A stretch of 64,000 bases of DNA from an uncultured Clostridia bacterium (GCA_947628135.1 CANQYT010000003.1:3387-67386), one strand, 5' to 3'. Numbered from the stretch's first letter, positions 45,357 to 55,110 are shown. Translations and numbers: made by a program. The notes: generated by a model from the sequence alone, not told the origin.

Positions 45357-46451
45357 TCAGTTTGTCAACATCCACTTGGCGTACATTCCGTAGCCGCGCG
45401 TCGGGTCGTTGACAAATACGTGAGTAACTGCGCCCACAAGTTTGCCATTTTGCACAATGGGACTGCCGCTCATTCCCTGCACTATTCCGCCCGTTTTGTC
45501 CAACAGCGTTTTGTCCGTGACGTGCAGTACCAAGCCTTTGTCGTCGCGCGAGGTCTGCGGAACGGCTTTAACAATCTCCACTTCGTAACAACGGCGTTCA
45601 TTGTCGTCAAGCGTGCAGTATATATGCGCTTTGCCGGGACGAACTTCGTTTATATCGGCGACGGACACCGTTTCGGTGCAATATTGCGGAATGGTATTGA
45701 AACTGCCGAACGCGCCGAATTTGTTGTTGGCATAGATGTTGCCGATGCGTTTGTCGAAGCAAAAACCGCCTTTCAGTTCGCCAGCCGCGCCTTTTTGTCC
45801 CTTTTCCACTCCGTCGATCGTGCAATCGAACACGCCGCCGTTTTTGCAGGAGATTATTCCGCCTTTGGCGTCGCATATCGGGTGACCGAGACTTCCGAAA
45901 TTGAGATTTTTGCGCACGTAAGTCAACGTGCCGATACCGCTGGACGAATCTCTCGTCCACAAACCGAGCCTGTACTGTTTGGTAGCAAGGTCTCTGCACG
46001 GCGTGATAGTCGTTTCTTTCAAAACGCCGTTACGCAAATATTTTACGTCGAGAGTTTTCCCCTCCGACGCGCCTGCGATTTCAGCAAGTTTTGACGAGCC
46101 GTAAATTTTTCTGCCGTCAAGTTCCACTATCACGTCGTTTATCTCTATTCCTGCGTTGAGCGCGGGGCAGCAAAGTTTGCCGCTTTCTCCAATAAATTCG
46201 TTCAAGCCTATCACCGTTACGCCGTCGCCGTCAATCGTGATACCCAGCGGATAGCCCCCGAGATACACTTCCTCGTCTATTTTAGCCGAGGTCTGCCCGC
46301 AGAAAAGATCTCCTATATCGTCAAAAAAATCCCCAACGTCATCGCCGCTGAATTGGAAATTGCCCGCAGTCTGCGCAAAAGTGCGAATGGGGCAGGCGAA
46401 AATTACCTGCAAAATTATTATCAGCGCCAACAAAAAAAGAGATTTTTTCAT
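45357..46451 (-). CDS. spoIVB: SpoIVB signalling serine peptidase (S55)
   Basis: The ATG at 46451 (MKKSLFLLALII) follows GAGGTGG. A PDZ region and the catalytic GMSGSPI motif are present. The ORF track start at 46565 is an extension. Confidence 0.92.
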   Translation of the reverse strand: MKKSLFLLALIIILQVIFACPIRTFAQTAGNFQFSGDDVGDFFDDIGDLFCGQTSAKIDEEVYLGGYPLGITIDGDGVTVIGLNEFIGESGKLCCPALNAGIEINDVIVELDGRKIYGSSKLAEIAGASEGKTLDVKYLRNGVLKETTITPCRDLATKQYRLGLWTRDSSSGIGTLTYVRKNLNFGSLGHPICDAKGGIISCKNGGVFDCTIDGVEKGQKGAAGELKGGFCFDKRIGNIYANNKFGAFGSFNTIPQYCTETVSVADINEVRPGKAHIYCTLDDNERRCYEVEIVKAVPQTSRDDKGLVLHVTDKTLLDKTGGIVQGMSGSPIVQNGKLVGAVTHVFVNDPTRGYGMYAKWMLTN

Positions 46452-46580
46452 ATCCACCTCTGAATAACTAAGCGTAGTTTGTGAATTTGAACGGGTATTA
46501 TACGCGATGAAAATCACAAAAAAAACGCTCCGCCCGACAGGGTGAAGCAAGAAATTCATTTGCAAGATGAAGCAAGAAAC

Positions 46581-48293
46581 TCATTTACGAGAGGATTTGT
46601 ATCTGTCCGACCAATCCAACAGTTCTTTCGCGTTTACAATAGCGTGTTCTCCTACGCTGCCCATCAGCCGCGCCACTTCCGCCGCGCGCTGTTCGCGATC
46701 GGAAAGGACGTGCGTAGCCGTGTAGGTCTTTCCGCCTTTCTCGTATTTTTCTATGTACAAATTTACATCCGCCATAGCGGCAATTTGCGGCAGGTGCGTT
46801 ATCACGATACATTGGTAACCGTTTTGCGCGTTTGACGACACGTTTGCCAATTTGTTAGCCACCATTTGCGCCATCACTCCGGAAATACCCGCGTCTATCT
46901 CGTCGAAAACCATCGTGGGAATTTTTTCCGCGAGCGCGGTGATATTCTTCACGGCAAGCATAAAGCGCGACATTTCGCCACCGGAAATAACCTTTGCAAG
47001 GGGTTTAAGCGGTTCGCCCGCGTTTGCCGACATCAAAAATTCCACTTTGTCGAAACCGTCTGCGGAGGGTGAGGCGCAATATTCTTCAAAGGAAGGACGA
47101 TTGTTGAACTGCACGCAAAAACTCGTTCCGCGCATTCCGAGGTCGTCCAACTCGTTCATTATTTTTTGCGCAAGACGTTCCGCTGTGCGTTTGCGTTCGG
47201 CGGATTTTTCCTCGCAAAGCGCGTACATTTCTTTCAGAACGGTTTGCTTTTGCCCGTTGAGAATTTCTATACGTTCCGCGGCGTTGCTCAACGTTTCGTA
47301 TTTCTGTTGAGCCTCCCGCAAAAATTTCAGCACTTCCGCTATGCTTCCGCCGTATTTGCGTTTGAGTTGACGTATTTTTTCCAGACGTTCCTCAATCCTG
47401 TCCACTTCCGCAGGGCTGAACTCCACCTCGGCGAGCGTCTCACGCAGCAGAGAACAAACGTCGTCCGCTTCCAGCCGCGCCGAAACAAGTCTGTCGCAGA
47501 GAGTTTGCGCGCTCTGTTCGAGACTGGAAATACCGCGCAATTGACTTGCCGCGTGCGACAACTCGGAGATAGCCCCCTGTTCGCCGTCAAGACATTGCAA
47601 CGCTTGACCTATTGCGGCGGACAACTTTTCGGAATTGACGGCACGCTTGTGCGCCAAAAGCAACTGTTCTTCCTCGTTTTCGTCAAGTTGGGCGGAGGAA
47701 ATTTCCTCTATCTGAAATTGCAGTATGTCCGTCAGACGAGCGCGCTCTGCGTCGTCTCCGCCGAGCGATCTCAATTCTTTGTTGACAGCGGTCAATTTCG
47801 GATAGAGTTCGCCGCGCAATTTGCTGTCCACGTTGCGATGATCGCAAAACGCGTCCAACACCTGCAACTGATTTTTTTCGTTGAGCAATGCGAGATGCTG
47901 TCCCTGCCCGAAAATATCCGCAAGTTCCGCGCAAACGTCTTTGAGTATGGCAAGGGTCGCGGTCTTGCCCTGAATACGTATCTCGTTTTTGCCCGTTACG
48001 GACATTTTACGATACAGCAATATCTCCGTTTCGTCGCCGTAGCCGTATTCGGCAAGCCTTTTCAGCACGGGACTGTCCTGCTGCACTTCGAAAAGCGCCG
48101 TCACTTCCGCCGCCTCTTCGCCGTATTTGATGAGCGTTTTGTCCGCACGTTCGCCCAATACGAAAGCAAGCGAATCGATTATTATCGACTTGCCGCTGCC
48201 CGTTTCGCCGCTGAGGACCGTCAGTCCCTCGCTGAAATCGATGTCCAGACTGTCTATCAAGGCTATGTTGTTTATCGTAAGTTTCCGTAACAT
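46581..48293 (-). CDS. recN: DNA repair protein RecN
   Basis: 570 aa with Walker A GETGSGKS, a coiled-coil middle and a C-terminal signature FDEIDAGISG. Confidence 0.95.
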   Translation of the reverse strand: MLRKLTINNIALIDSLDIDFSEGLTVLSGETGSGKSIIIDSLAFVLGERADKTLIKYGEEAAEVTALFEVQQDSPVLKRLAEYGYGDETEILLYRKMSVTGKNEIRIQGKTATLAILKDVCAELADIFGQGQHLALLNEKNQLQVLDAFCDHRNVDSKLRGELYPKLTAVNKELRSLGGDDAERARLTDILQFQIEEISSAQLDENEEEQLLLAHKRAVNSEKLSAAIGQALQCLDGEQGAISELSHAASQLRGISSLEQSAQTLCDRLVSARLEADDVCSLLRETLAEVEFSPAEVDRIEERLEKIRQLKRKYGGSIAEVLKFLREAQQKYETLSNAAERIEILNGQKQTVLKEMYALCEEKSAERKRTAERLAQKIMNELDDLGMRGTSFCVQFNNRPSFEEYCASPSADGFDKVEFLMSANAGEPLKPLAKVISGGEMSRFMLAVKNITALAEKIPTMVFDEIDAGISGVMAQMVANKLANVSSNAQNGYQCIVITHLPQIAAMADVNLYIEKYEKGGKTYTATHVLSDREQRAAEVARLMGSVGEHAIVNAKELLDWSDRYKSSRK

Positions 48294-48306
48294 AATTTCT
48301 CGCGTA

Positions 48307-48759
48307 TCACAATAGTTCGTTTATCTTCTTCTGCACGAAACTTGCGTCGCGCGCGTCGGCGCAAACTATAAGTATCGTACTCTTGTCCGCAACCACGCCC
48401 AACGTTTCCGAAAGCGCCATCTGTTCCACCGCCGCCGAAACTACGGACGCACCGTCGCCGATTGTCTTTACCACTACAAGATTGTTTGCCGTAACAACGG
48501 AAATGACCGACTCGCGCACAACGTTTTTCAATTTGACGGAAATGTTGGAGTCCATCGTTTCCTTGGTGACGTACTTGTATTTGTTGCCGACGGTCAACGT
48601 CTTGATAAGCCCCAATTCCTTTATGTCTCGGGAAATAGTTGCTTGCGTTATGTCGTGTCCCTGCCGACGAAGTTCCGAAACCAATTCGTCCTGTGTTTCA
48701 ATGTCTTTGGCGGCGATTATTGCCATTATTGCCGATTGTCTTGCTTTGCGCGAAGTCAT
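48307..48759 (-). CDS. argR: arginine repressor ArgR/AhrC
   Basis: 150 aa with the winged HTH QDELVSELRRQGHDITQATISRDIKEL and a C-terminal hexamerisation domain with GTIAGDD-like GDGASV. Confidence 0.92.
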   Translation of the reverse strand: MTSRKARQSAIMAIIAAKDIETQDELVSELRRQGHDITQATISRDIKELGLIKTLTVGNKYKYVTKETMDSNISVKLKNVVRESVISVVTANNLVVVKTIGDGASVVSAAVEQMALSETLGVVADKSTILIVCADARDASFVQKKINELL

Positions 48760-48801
48760 CTGTTCCTCACCGTGATTAGTTCGATTTTTTCAATAATTCA
48801 G

Positions 48802-48824
48802 AATACTATGTCACAAATAGTATT
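48802..48824. promoter_or_regulatory. palindromic motif site S2 in the argR leader
   Basis: It is identical to S1, including the asymmetric spacer gtcacaa. It lies 43-65 nt upstream of the argR ATG. Confidence 0.6.
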
Positions 48825-48879
48825 TGTTTTTCACACAAAATCGTGTCTTTTTCGACTATTTGTTCTAATAGACGAAATA

Positions 48880-48908
48880 ATTATACACCATTGCTAAAAG
48901 TTTTTCAA
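48880..48908 (-). promoter_or_regulatory. sigma-A promoter of argR-recN
   Basis: The minus strand reads TTGAAA, 17-nt spacer, TGtTATAAT (extended -10). The -35 overlaps the dxs stop. Confidence 0.6.
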
Positions 48909-50710
48909 CCCTTTGAAAGCATTTCGGAAACGGCGGCGTCGATACCCTCCTCGTCCAAGCCGAATTGAGTAAGTTGTTCGGATACGGAGGCGTGCTTGAC
49001 AAACGCGTCGTCAACGCCGAGACAGCGTATACGCGCATTGGTTGCCGACAGGTATGCCGTCACACTTTGCCCGAAGCCGCCCGAAAGTACGTTTTCTTCC
49101 AAAGTAAGCAGGGCAGCGCCGTTGCTGGCGATCTCGTCCAACAAAGCGTGATCGAGCGGTTTCACGGTGGTCACTTCCACCGCTGCAACGCCGTCGTTAC
49201 GCGCGGCGACCGCTTCGGCAAAGCGGGAAAGCCTCGCCCCCACCGCGAGAATATACAACTTCGGCTCGGCGCAGGTTTTCAGCACGTTCCATCTGCCGTC
49301 GAAACCGCGTTCGTCGTGCGAGAGTAATTTGGAATATCGTATTGCGACGGGCGATTCCGTCCTGTACGCTTTTTCTATCATCATTGACAACTGTTTGTAG
49401 GTTGCGGGCGTCCATACGGCAACGTTGGGAATTTGCGAAAGGTAGGACAGGTCAAACAGACCCTGATGCGTTTTTCCGTCCTCGCCGACAAACCCCGCTC
49501 TGTCCAGCAGAAAGGTCACGGGCAGATTTTGCAACGCCACGTCGTGCAGTATCTGATCGTAACTGCGCTGCAAAAAGGAGGAATAGATCGCAACAAACGG
49601 GTGTAAGCCGCCTTTCGCCATTCCCGCGGCGAAAGTGACGGCGTGTTCTTCGGCTATCCCCACATCGAAAAAGCGATCGGGAAACTGTTTTTGAAAAGTT
49701 GACAACCCCGTTGCTTTTGCCATAGCGGCGCACACGGCTACAACGTTTTCGTGCGATTCCGCCAACGTGCAAAGCGTATCGCCCGCCACCGCGGAACTTT
49801 CCAACACGTCCGACGGCGCGTCTGCGGGAAGCACGGAATGGTAACTTTCCGGGTCGTCCTCGGCAGGTTTGTAACCTTTGCCCTTTTTTGTCACTATCTG
49901 CATAACCGTAGGCTTCTTTACGTTGTTTTTTATCTTGGTAAAGTAGTACACCAGGTCTTTGATTTCGTTGCCGTCGATTATGCCTATGTATTTGAGGTCG
50001 AAATTGTCGAAGTACCCGTTGCGAACGTAGCCGAGTTTGGCGCGGCGTTTGCACCACCGCAAAAATTTATAAGTAGGTTTGCCCAAAAGAGGAATTTTGA
50101 GCAGAAACTTTTTGAGACGTTCCTTGTTGCGGTCGTATTTTCCGACGCGCAGTTTGGACATATTGAGCGTTGCCGAACCGACGTTTTTGCCGATGGACAT
50201 ATTGTTGTCGTTGAGCACAACGAGCAATTCGGTATTCTTGACGTTGTTCAGCGCCTCGTAAGTCATTCCGCACGTCATCGACCCGTCGCCCACAACGGCG
50301 ATCACCTTGTAATCGTCGCCCAAGGCGTCGCGCGCGTGAGCCAAGCCCAACGCCGCGGAAATAGCCGTTCCCGCGTGTCCCGTATTGAAGCAATCGCGTT
50401 CGTCCTCTTCGCAATCGGGAAAACCGCTTACGCCCCCTTTGCGGCGCAACGAAGAAAAATTCTCACCCCGCGAGGTAAGAATTTTGTGAACGTAACTCTG
50501 ATGCCCGACGTCCCACACTATCTTGTCGCGCTCGTCGAAAACGTAATGCAATGCGACGGTAAGTTCCACAACTCCGAGATTGCTCGCCAAATGTCCGCCG
50601 TTTCTGCCGACGTCGGCAATCAATTTCTCCCGAATTTCCGCACAAAGCTGCGGAAGTTGTTTTACGTCGAGTTTTTTTAGGTCTGCAATCGATTTTATCT
50701 GTTCCAGCAC
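48905..50710 (-). CDS. dxs: 1-deoxy-D-xylulose-5-phosphate synthase
   Basis: 601 aa with GGHLASNLG, the TPP-binding motif GDGSMTCGMTYEALNN and a transketolase C-domain. Confidence 0.95.
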   Translation of the reverse strand: MLEQIKSIADLKKLDVKQLPQLCAEIREKLIADVGRNGGHLASNLGVVELTVALHYVFDERDKIVWDVGHQSYVHKILTSRGENFSSLRRKGGVSGFPDCEEDERDCFNTGHAGTAISAALGLAHARDALGDDYKVIAVVGDGSMTCGMTYEALNNVKNTELLVVLNDNNMSIGKNVGSATLNMSKLRVGKYDRNKERLKKFLLKIPLLGKPTYKFLRWCKRRAKLGYVRNGYFDNFDLKYIGIIDGNEIKDLVYYFTKIKNNVKKPTVMQIVTKKGKGYKPAEDDPESYHSVLPADAPSDVLESSAVAGDTLCTLAESHENVVAVCAAMAKATGLSTFQKQFPDRFFDVGIAEEHAVTFAAGMAKGGLHPFVAIYSSFLQRSYDQILHDVALQNLPVTFLLDRAGFVGEDGKTHQGLFDLSYLSQIPNVAVWTPATYKQLSMMIEKAYRTESPVAIRYSKLLSHDERGFDGRWNVLKTCAEPKLYILAVGARLSRFAEAVAARNDGVAAVEVTTVKPLDHALLDEIASNGAALLTLEENVLSGGFGQSVTAYLSATNARIRCLGVDDAFVKHASVSEQLTQFGLDEEGIDAAVSEMLSKG

Positions 50711-50711
50711 G

Positions 50712-51374
50712 TTATCCTTCTTTGCGGAAAATACTCAGCACTTTTGCAACGCCGAGGATAATACCGTTGGCATTTTTTACGGCGAGATTTTTTCCTATCG
50801 CCTTGAAAGTGATGGTAAGGGTGGAAATTACCGAATAGATAACCACCTTTATCACAACGTTCCACACCGTGCCGAGGTCGAGTCCGCTTATCGCTTCTAC
50901 GGCAAGCGCCGCTCCGCAAACGCCGGAAACGATACCGCAAATGTCGCCCACTATGTCGCAGCAAATCGAAGAAACGATATCCCTCTTCATCGCAAGACGG
51001 ACGGCTGTTTTTCCTCCGCGCACGCGTCTGCTCGCCATAGAGTGGAACGGTCCTACGTCGCAAGCCGTCGCGGCAGTTCCGATAACGTCGAACACCACGC
51101 CCAGCAGCAGTATCACCACCGTAAGAATTGTCGCCAGCCACCACTGCGAATCGGTAAGCACCAATTCCGAACCGGTGTTTACCGCCGCCGCCAACAGCAA
51201 AGTGATAAAAAACGCTTTCACCGGCCAAAGGTTGCGCTTTTTCTTCTTTTTTTCCGACTTGTCTTTGTCCTTTTTCTTTGCAGCCGCTTCCGCAGACGTT
51301 TCTTCGGACATTGCGCCGTCGCATAAAACCGTTTCGTCGTCGCTACTTCGCGGCACGGTATCAGTATTTTTCAT
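50712..51374 (-). CDS. oapA: OLE-associated membrane protein OapA
   Basis: 220 aa with a K/E-rich N-terminal tail and about 4 TM helices containing buried Asp (FDVIGTA, CCDIVGDICG). It lies immediately between the OLE-like RNA and dxs, the diagnostic position of oapA. Confidence 0.7.
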   Translation of the reverse strand: MKNTDTVPRSSDDETVLCDGAMSEETSAEAAAKKKDKDKSEKKKKKRNLWPVKAFFITLLLAAAVNTGSELVLTDSQWWLATILTVVILLLGVVFDVIGTAATACDVGPFHSMASRRVRGGKTAVRLAMKRDIVSSICCDIVGDICGIVSGVCGAALAVEAISGLDLGTVWNVVIKVVIYSVISTLTITFKAIGKNLAVKNANGIILGVAKVLSIFRKEG

Positions 51375-51434
51375 ATCTCTCCGTAATATATTTTTAGCAG
51401 AAAATGTTTGATAGGTTTTCTGCTCGAAGTAACA

Positions 51435-52052
51435 AAAAAAGGTGGTGACTCGTCGGATAAACCTTACGGCATAGGTTCAGTAGGGTTTCCCAAGCAAAAA
51501 CTTCCCGTCGCCGAAGAAGCAGTTTCCTCTTAGTTTCGCCTGTGCGGCATCACTGCTCGCACAACTGAATCGCCACTTAGTCCGTACTATAATCTCCGAC
51601 AAGCCTGAATTGCAGTCTAGAAGATTTCCTTTGCAGATGCCGACGTATTTTAGTTTCTTTTGCAGAATTCATTTCGTAAAGCATTCGAGCGCGCGCCGTA
51701 GGCCAACGGATACGCGTCGTTCAGTACTCCCAAAATTCCACTCAAAACAAGCTACACTGTACACAGCTTCGTATTCACCGCATAGCAGGTTTAACCTCAG
51801 AGAGTAATTGCTTATCTATTAGGCAACCACCCCGTAGAGTCTCCGCGACTGATGGGGATAGAGCGTATGCCGTTACGCCTTACCCACCAATCTTAACTTC
51901 CAGCACCAGCCCCCGTTTGGGCAACGAAAGCAAGCACAAGAAACTTCATCGTTGTGCCCGTCGACGGTCTTTTAGGCCCGCCTTCAATACGTCGATTTCT
52001 GACTAGAATACTGCACCACCGATTTTATTTAGTTGTATCGGGTTCTCACCCG
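51435..52052 (-). ncRNA. ole: OLE (ornate, large, extremophilic) RNA
   Basis: ~620-nt ORF-free, GC-richer, helix-dense segment between ispA and oapA, with its own promoter. The 5' GGUGGUG (52014-52020) pairs with 3' CACCACC (51442-51448), which is followed by a U-run. GNRA and UUCG-type hairpins are present. The synteny nusB-folD-xseAB-ispA-[RNA]-oapA-dxs matches the described OLE locus. Confidence 0.75.
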
Positions 52053-52058
52053 TATTTT

Positions 52059-52087
52059 ATTGTAGCACAAATTTTGCAAAAATGCAA
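52059..52087 (-). promoter_or_regulatory. promoter of the OLE-like RNA
   Basis: The minus strand reads TTGCAT, 17-nt spacer, TGcTACAAT. Confidence 0.55.
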
Positions 52088-52131
52088 ACGGTTTAGTATA
52101 TGCGCGATTTTTAACGACCGTTCGTAAAGGA

Positions 52132-52941
52132 TTACTTCTTCCGAGCGGCGTTGCGGTCGCAAAATTCCTTGATGTAATTCAAGTCGTAAGGCAGCGAATC
52201 GCATATCGCCTTGACCTCGCCGTTGAGCGTTTCGACGTGTTCCAGCAAGTCGCTTTCGGTGTAGACGTCGAGGAAAGACCTTTCGCACTTTTGCGAGTCG
52301 AGAATATCGTCGATTATCTGATAGCACACTCCGAGTTTGCACGCTATCTCGTCGAAAAGAGCGATTTCTTCCTCCGTCGCGCCACCTACTGTCGCGCCGC
52401 ACACCAAAGCCGCGCGGATAAGCGTGCCCGTTTTCGCAACGGCAAGTTCGGTGGCGTCCTCAACGTTTTCCGTCGCGGAAAACAGATCCAACGACTGTCC
52501 GTGTACCAAACCGCGTATTCCGCTCATTTCAAACAGAAACGCGCACGCGTTGCGGTACGCCTTGTTGGACATCGGTCCGCGAAGCGCCGTTTCGAAGGAC
52601 AGGTTGAGCAATGCGTCGCCCGCAAGCACCGCGGAAGCCTCGCCGAATTGCATATGGCAGGAACGCTTTCCCCTACGCATATCGTCGTTATCCATACAAG
52701 GCAGATCGTCGTGAATGAGCGAATAGGTATGCACAAACTCCAACGCCGCCGCCAAGGTCCTCGCGCCCTCGGAAATATGTTTGCCCACCGCCTTTGCCGT
52801 GTTCAGCAACAGCATAGGACGGAAACGCTTTCCGCCGCTGAACAAACTGTACTCCATTGCTTGCAGTACCTTGTCGTGACTTTTCGGCAAAAATTCTTTA
52901 AGTATGCCGTCGATGTACTCCGTCGTGATTTCAGTTTTCAT
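52132..52941 (-). CDS. ispA: farnesyl diphosphate synthase (polyprenyl synthetase)
   Basis: 269 aa with the first DDxxD motif in LIHDDLPCMDNDDMRRG and the second in IIDDILD. Confidence 0.93.
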   Translation of the reverse strand: MKTEITTEYIDGILKEFLPKSHDKVLQAMEYSLFSGGKRFRPMLLLNTAKAVGKHISEGARTLAAALEFVHTYSLIHDDLPCMDNDDMRRGKRSCHMQFGEASAVLAGDALLNLSFETALRGPMSNKAYRNACAFLFEMSGIRGLVHGQSLDLFSATENVEDATELAVAKTGTLIRAALVCGATVGGATEEEIALFDEIACKLGVCYQIIDDILDSQKCERSFLDVYTESDLLEHVETLNGEVKAICDSLPYDLNYIKEFCDRNAARKK

Positions 52942-53125
52942 CCGTCAATTTCCTCACTTTTTCCTGCAAGACGGTAAGTTTACCCTTGCAATCTTTGAGC
53001 GCGACCATACATTCGTCCGCAAGACGCACGCCTTCCTCAAACATTTTGAGGGATTCTTCCAACGACGCGCCGTCGATCGCGTCCGCGATCTCGTTCAATT
53101 TGGCGATTTTTTCCTCCAAAGTCAT
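52931..53125 (-). CDS. xseB: exodeoxyribonuclease VII small subunit
   Basis: 64 aa with SLEESLKMFEEGVRLADEC. It is flanked by xseA and ispA. Confidence 0.9.
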   Translation of the reverse strand: MTLEEKIAKLNEIADAIDGASLEESLKMFEEGVRLADECMVALKDCKGKLTVLQEKVRKLTDEN

Positions 53126-54298
53126 TTATTTTGCCTCCTTTCGCGTAACTTTCGCTTCCACCTTGCCGTCTGAAAGATTTACCGTGATCTCGCCGCCCAC
53201 GTCCAACTGCGCGACAGAGTTGACGACCTTTCCCTCCGACGTAACGTAGCCGAAACCGCGTTTGAGAATATTTGCCGGGTTGAGACTTGCCAATCTGTCC
53301 GTCAGTTTGTCCAGCGCGGCGGCGTATTTTTCCGTCTTGTCGGAAAAGGCGCGCTCCGCTTCTCTGAGCGAATATTTCAAGTCCGCTTGCAGTTTGTCCA
53401 GCCTGCGTCCCACAACGCCGTGAAGAATACGGCAATCGTTTTGAACGTCCTGATAGTTTTGCGTGATGAGCGAGAGTACTGCGTTGCCTATCTTGTCGAG
53501 GTGAGCGGTTATGCGCACGCGTTCGCGCGCTACGTCCAACGTGACGAATTCCGCCGCTTCGCTGGGCGTAACCGCCCTCTTGTCCGCCGCAAAGTCGGAC
53601 AGCGTAAAATCAACTCCGTGCCCAACGGCAGACACCGTAGGCTTGGGGCATCTCGCAAGCGCGCGCACCACGATCTCGGAATTGAATGCGGACAGATCTT
53701 CGTTTGAGCCGCCGCCTCTGCCCACTATCACCGCTTCCACGTCGCTGCCGGCAAAGTAATCGATTCCTTGCGCTATCTCTATGTCGGCGTGTTCGCCCTG
53801 CACCTTTACGGGATACAGGAAAATTTCTGTGAAAGGCTGTCTGCGCAGCGCAACGTTTTCTATGTCGTGTATCACCGCGCCCGTTTCGCTTGTGACGACG
53901 CCCAATTTGCGCACGCTGTGCGGAACGGTTTTTTTACGCGCCTCGTCAAACAGTCCCTCTTTGACAAGTTTGTCCCGCAATTCCACGAACTTTCGGTAAG
54001 CCTCTCCCTTGTCGGACGTGGAAGTGAGTTTGCGCACGAAAAAGGACAAACTGCCCGTTCTCGCGAAATAGTTCAACTGTCCTTCCGCAACCGCCATTGC
54101 ACCCGTAACGGGTTCTGTCGCGTTTGCGTAGCAAAAACAATTGACCGCCGATTCCTCGTCTTTCAGCGAAAAATACCAACCGTTGTAGGAACGTTTTACG
54201 TTGGTAACTTCGCCGCAGACGGACAAATCGTTGAGTACACCGTCCATTTCGATAAGTCCGCGTATGTAGTTGTTGAGTTGCGTAACGCTGATAGTCAT
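53126..54298 (-). CDS. xseA: exodeoxyribonuclease VII large subunit
   Basis: 390 aa with an N-terminal OB fold (VSQLNNYIRGLIE...GEVTN) and the catalytic region RGGGS.EDL.AFN. Confidence 0.94.
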   Translation of the reverse strand: MTISVTQLNNYIRGLIEMDGVLNDLSVCGEVTNVKRSYNGWYFSLKDEESAVNCFCYANATEPVTGAMAVAEGQLNYFARTGSLSFFVRKLTSTSDKGEAYRKFVELRDKLVKEGLFDEARKKTVPHSVRKLGVVTSETGAVIHDIENVALRRQPFTEIFLYPVKVQGEHADIEIAQGIDYFAGSDVEAVIVGRGGGSNEDLSAFNSEIVVRALARCPKPTVSAVGHGVDFTLSDFAADKRAVTPSEAAEFVTLDVARERVRITAHLDKIGNAVLSLITQNYQDVQNDCRILHGVVGRRLDKLQADLKYSLREAERAFSDKTEKYAAALDKLTDRLASLNPANILKRGFGYVTSEGKVVNSVAQLDVGGEITVNLSDGKVEAKVTRKEAK

Positions 54299-55110
54299 TT
54301 ACTTTTCACTGCTTTTAGCATATTTTCCAACAAAACGGCGCGCGTAACAGGACCGACTCCTTTCGGAACGGGCGTAACGGCGCGGCATTTGCCGTATACG
54401 GACGTATCGACGTCGCCGCACGCCTTGCCGTTTACGAAACTGAGTCCCACGTCTATTACCGTAGCGCCGTCGGCGACAAAGTCGCTCTTTATCAGCGCGG
54501 GTACGCCGCAAGCGGAAACGAGAATATCCGCTGTACTGCAAATCTGCGCCAGATCAACCGTCTTGGTGTGGCATACGGTGACCGTCGCGTCCCGACTCAG
54601 CATCATCAACGCGAGCGGTTTGCCCACAGCGTTGCCCCTGCCCACTATCACAGCGCGTTTGCCGCGAATCGGGATACGGTAGAAGTCCAACAACCTGATG
54701 ACTGCGCTTGGCGTAGCGGGACGAAATCCGTTTTCTCCGCGGTACAAAGCCGCAACGGACAAGGGGGAAAGGCAATCGACGTCCAACGACTTGTCTATAT
54801 CGTTGACGACGTCGGCAAACCGAGCGGGCAGAGGCTGTTCAACAAGCACTCCCGCCGCGTCCTTTGCCGCGCACGCTTTGCGCACTTTTTCCCTCATAGC
54901 CTCAACTTCCGCGTCGGAGTCGAGGTAAACATTGTTCATCGCGAAACCGCACTGCGCTGCGCTCTTTGCGAGAGCCTGCGTGTACTGTTTCCATTGCGGA
55001 TCACCGAAACCCACCGTATACAGCGTTGCGCTTTTTCCCCGCATTTCCTTTTCCGTTTCGCGAAGAATTTCTTCGGCGCAAGGCGTTCCGTACAACAGTT
55101 CCGCACTCAT
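54295..55110 (-). CDS. folD: bifunctional methylenetetrahydrofolate dehydrogenase/cyclohydrolase FolD
   Basis: The ATG at 55110 (MSAELLYG...) overlaps the nusB stop (ATGA). GRGNAVGKPLALML and PVPKGVGPVT are present. The ORF track start at 55245 is an extension. Confidence 0.93.
   Translation of the reverse strand: MSAELLYGTPCAEEILRETEKEMRGKSATLYTVGFGDPQWKQYTQALAKSAAQCGFAMNNVYLDSDAEVEAMREKVRKACAAKDAAGVLVEQPLPARFADVVNDIDKSLDVDCLSPLSVAALYRGENGFRPATPSAVIRLLDFYRIPIRGKRAVIVGRGNAVGKPLALMMLSRDATVTVCHTKTVDLAQICSTADILVSACGVPALIKSDFVADGATVIDVGLSFVNGKACGDVDTSVYGKCRAVTPVPKGVGPVTRAVLLENMLKAVKSK

Noticed and set aside
51411-52131. Considered tmRNA, RNase P RNA, SRP RNA, a group II intron or a long riboswitch for the structured region between ispA and the 4-TM protein gene.
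   Set aside because: It has no tRNA-like T-arm/CCA end or tag ORF (tmRNA). It has no GAGGAAAGUCC-type P4 sequence (RNase P) and no GGAAGCAG-type helix-8 motif (SRP). It has no GUGYG 5' end or domain V (group II intron). Its size, its own promoter and the ispA-RNA-oapA-dxs synteny fit OLE RNA much better.
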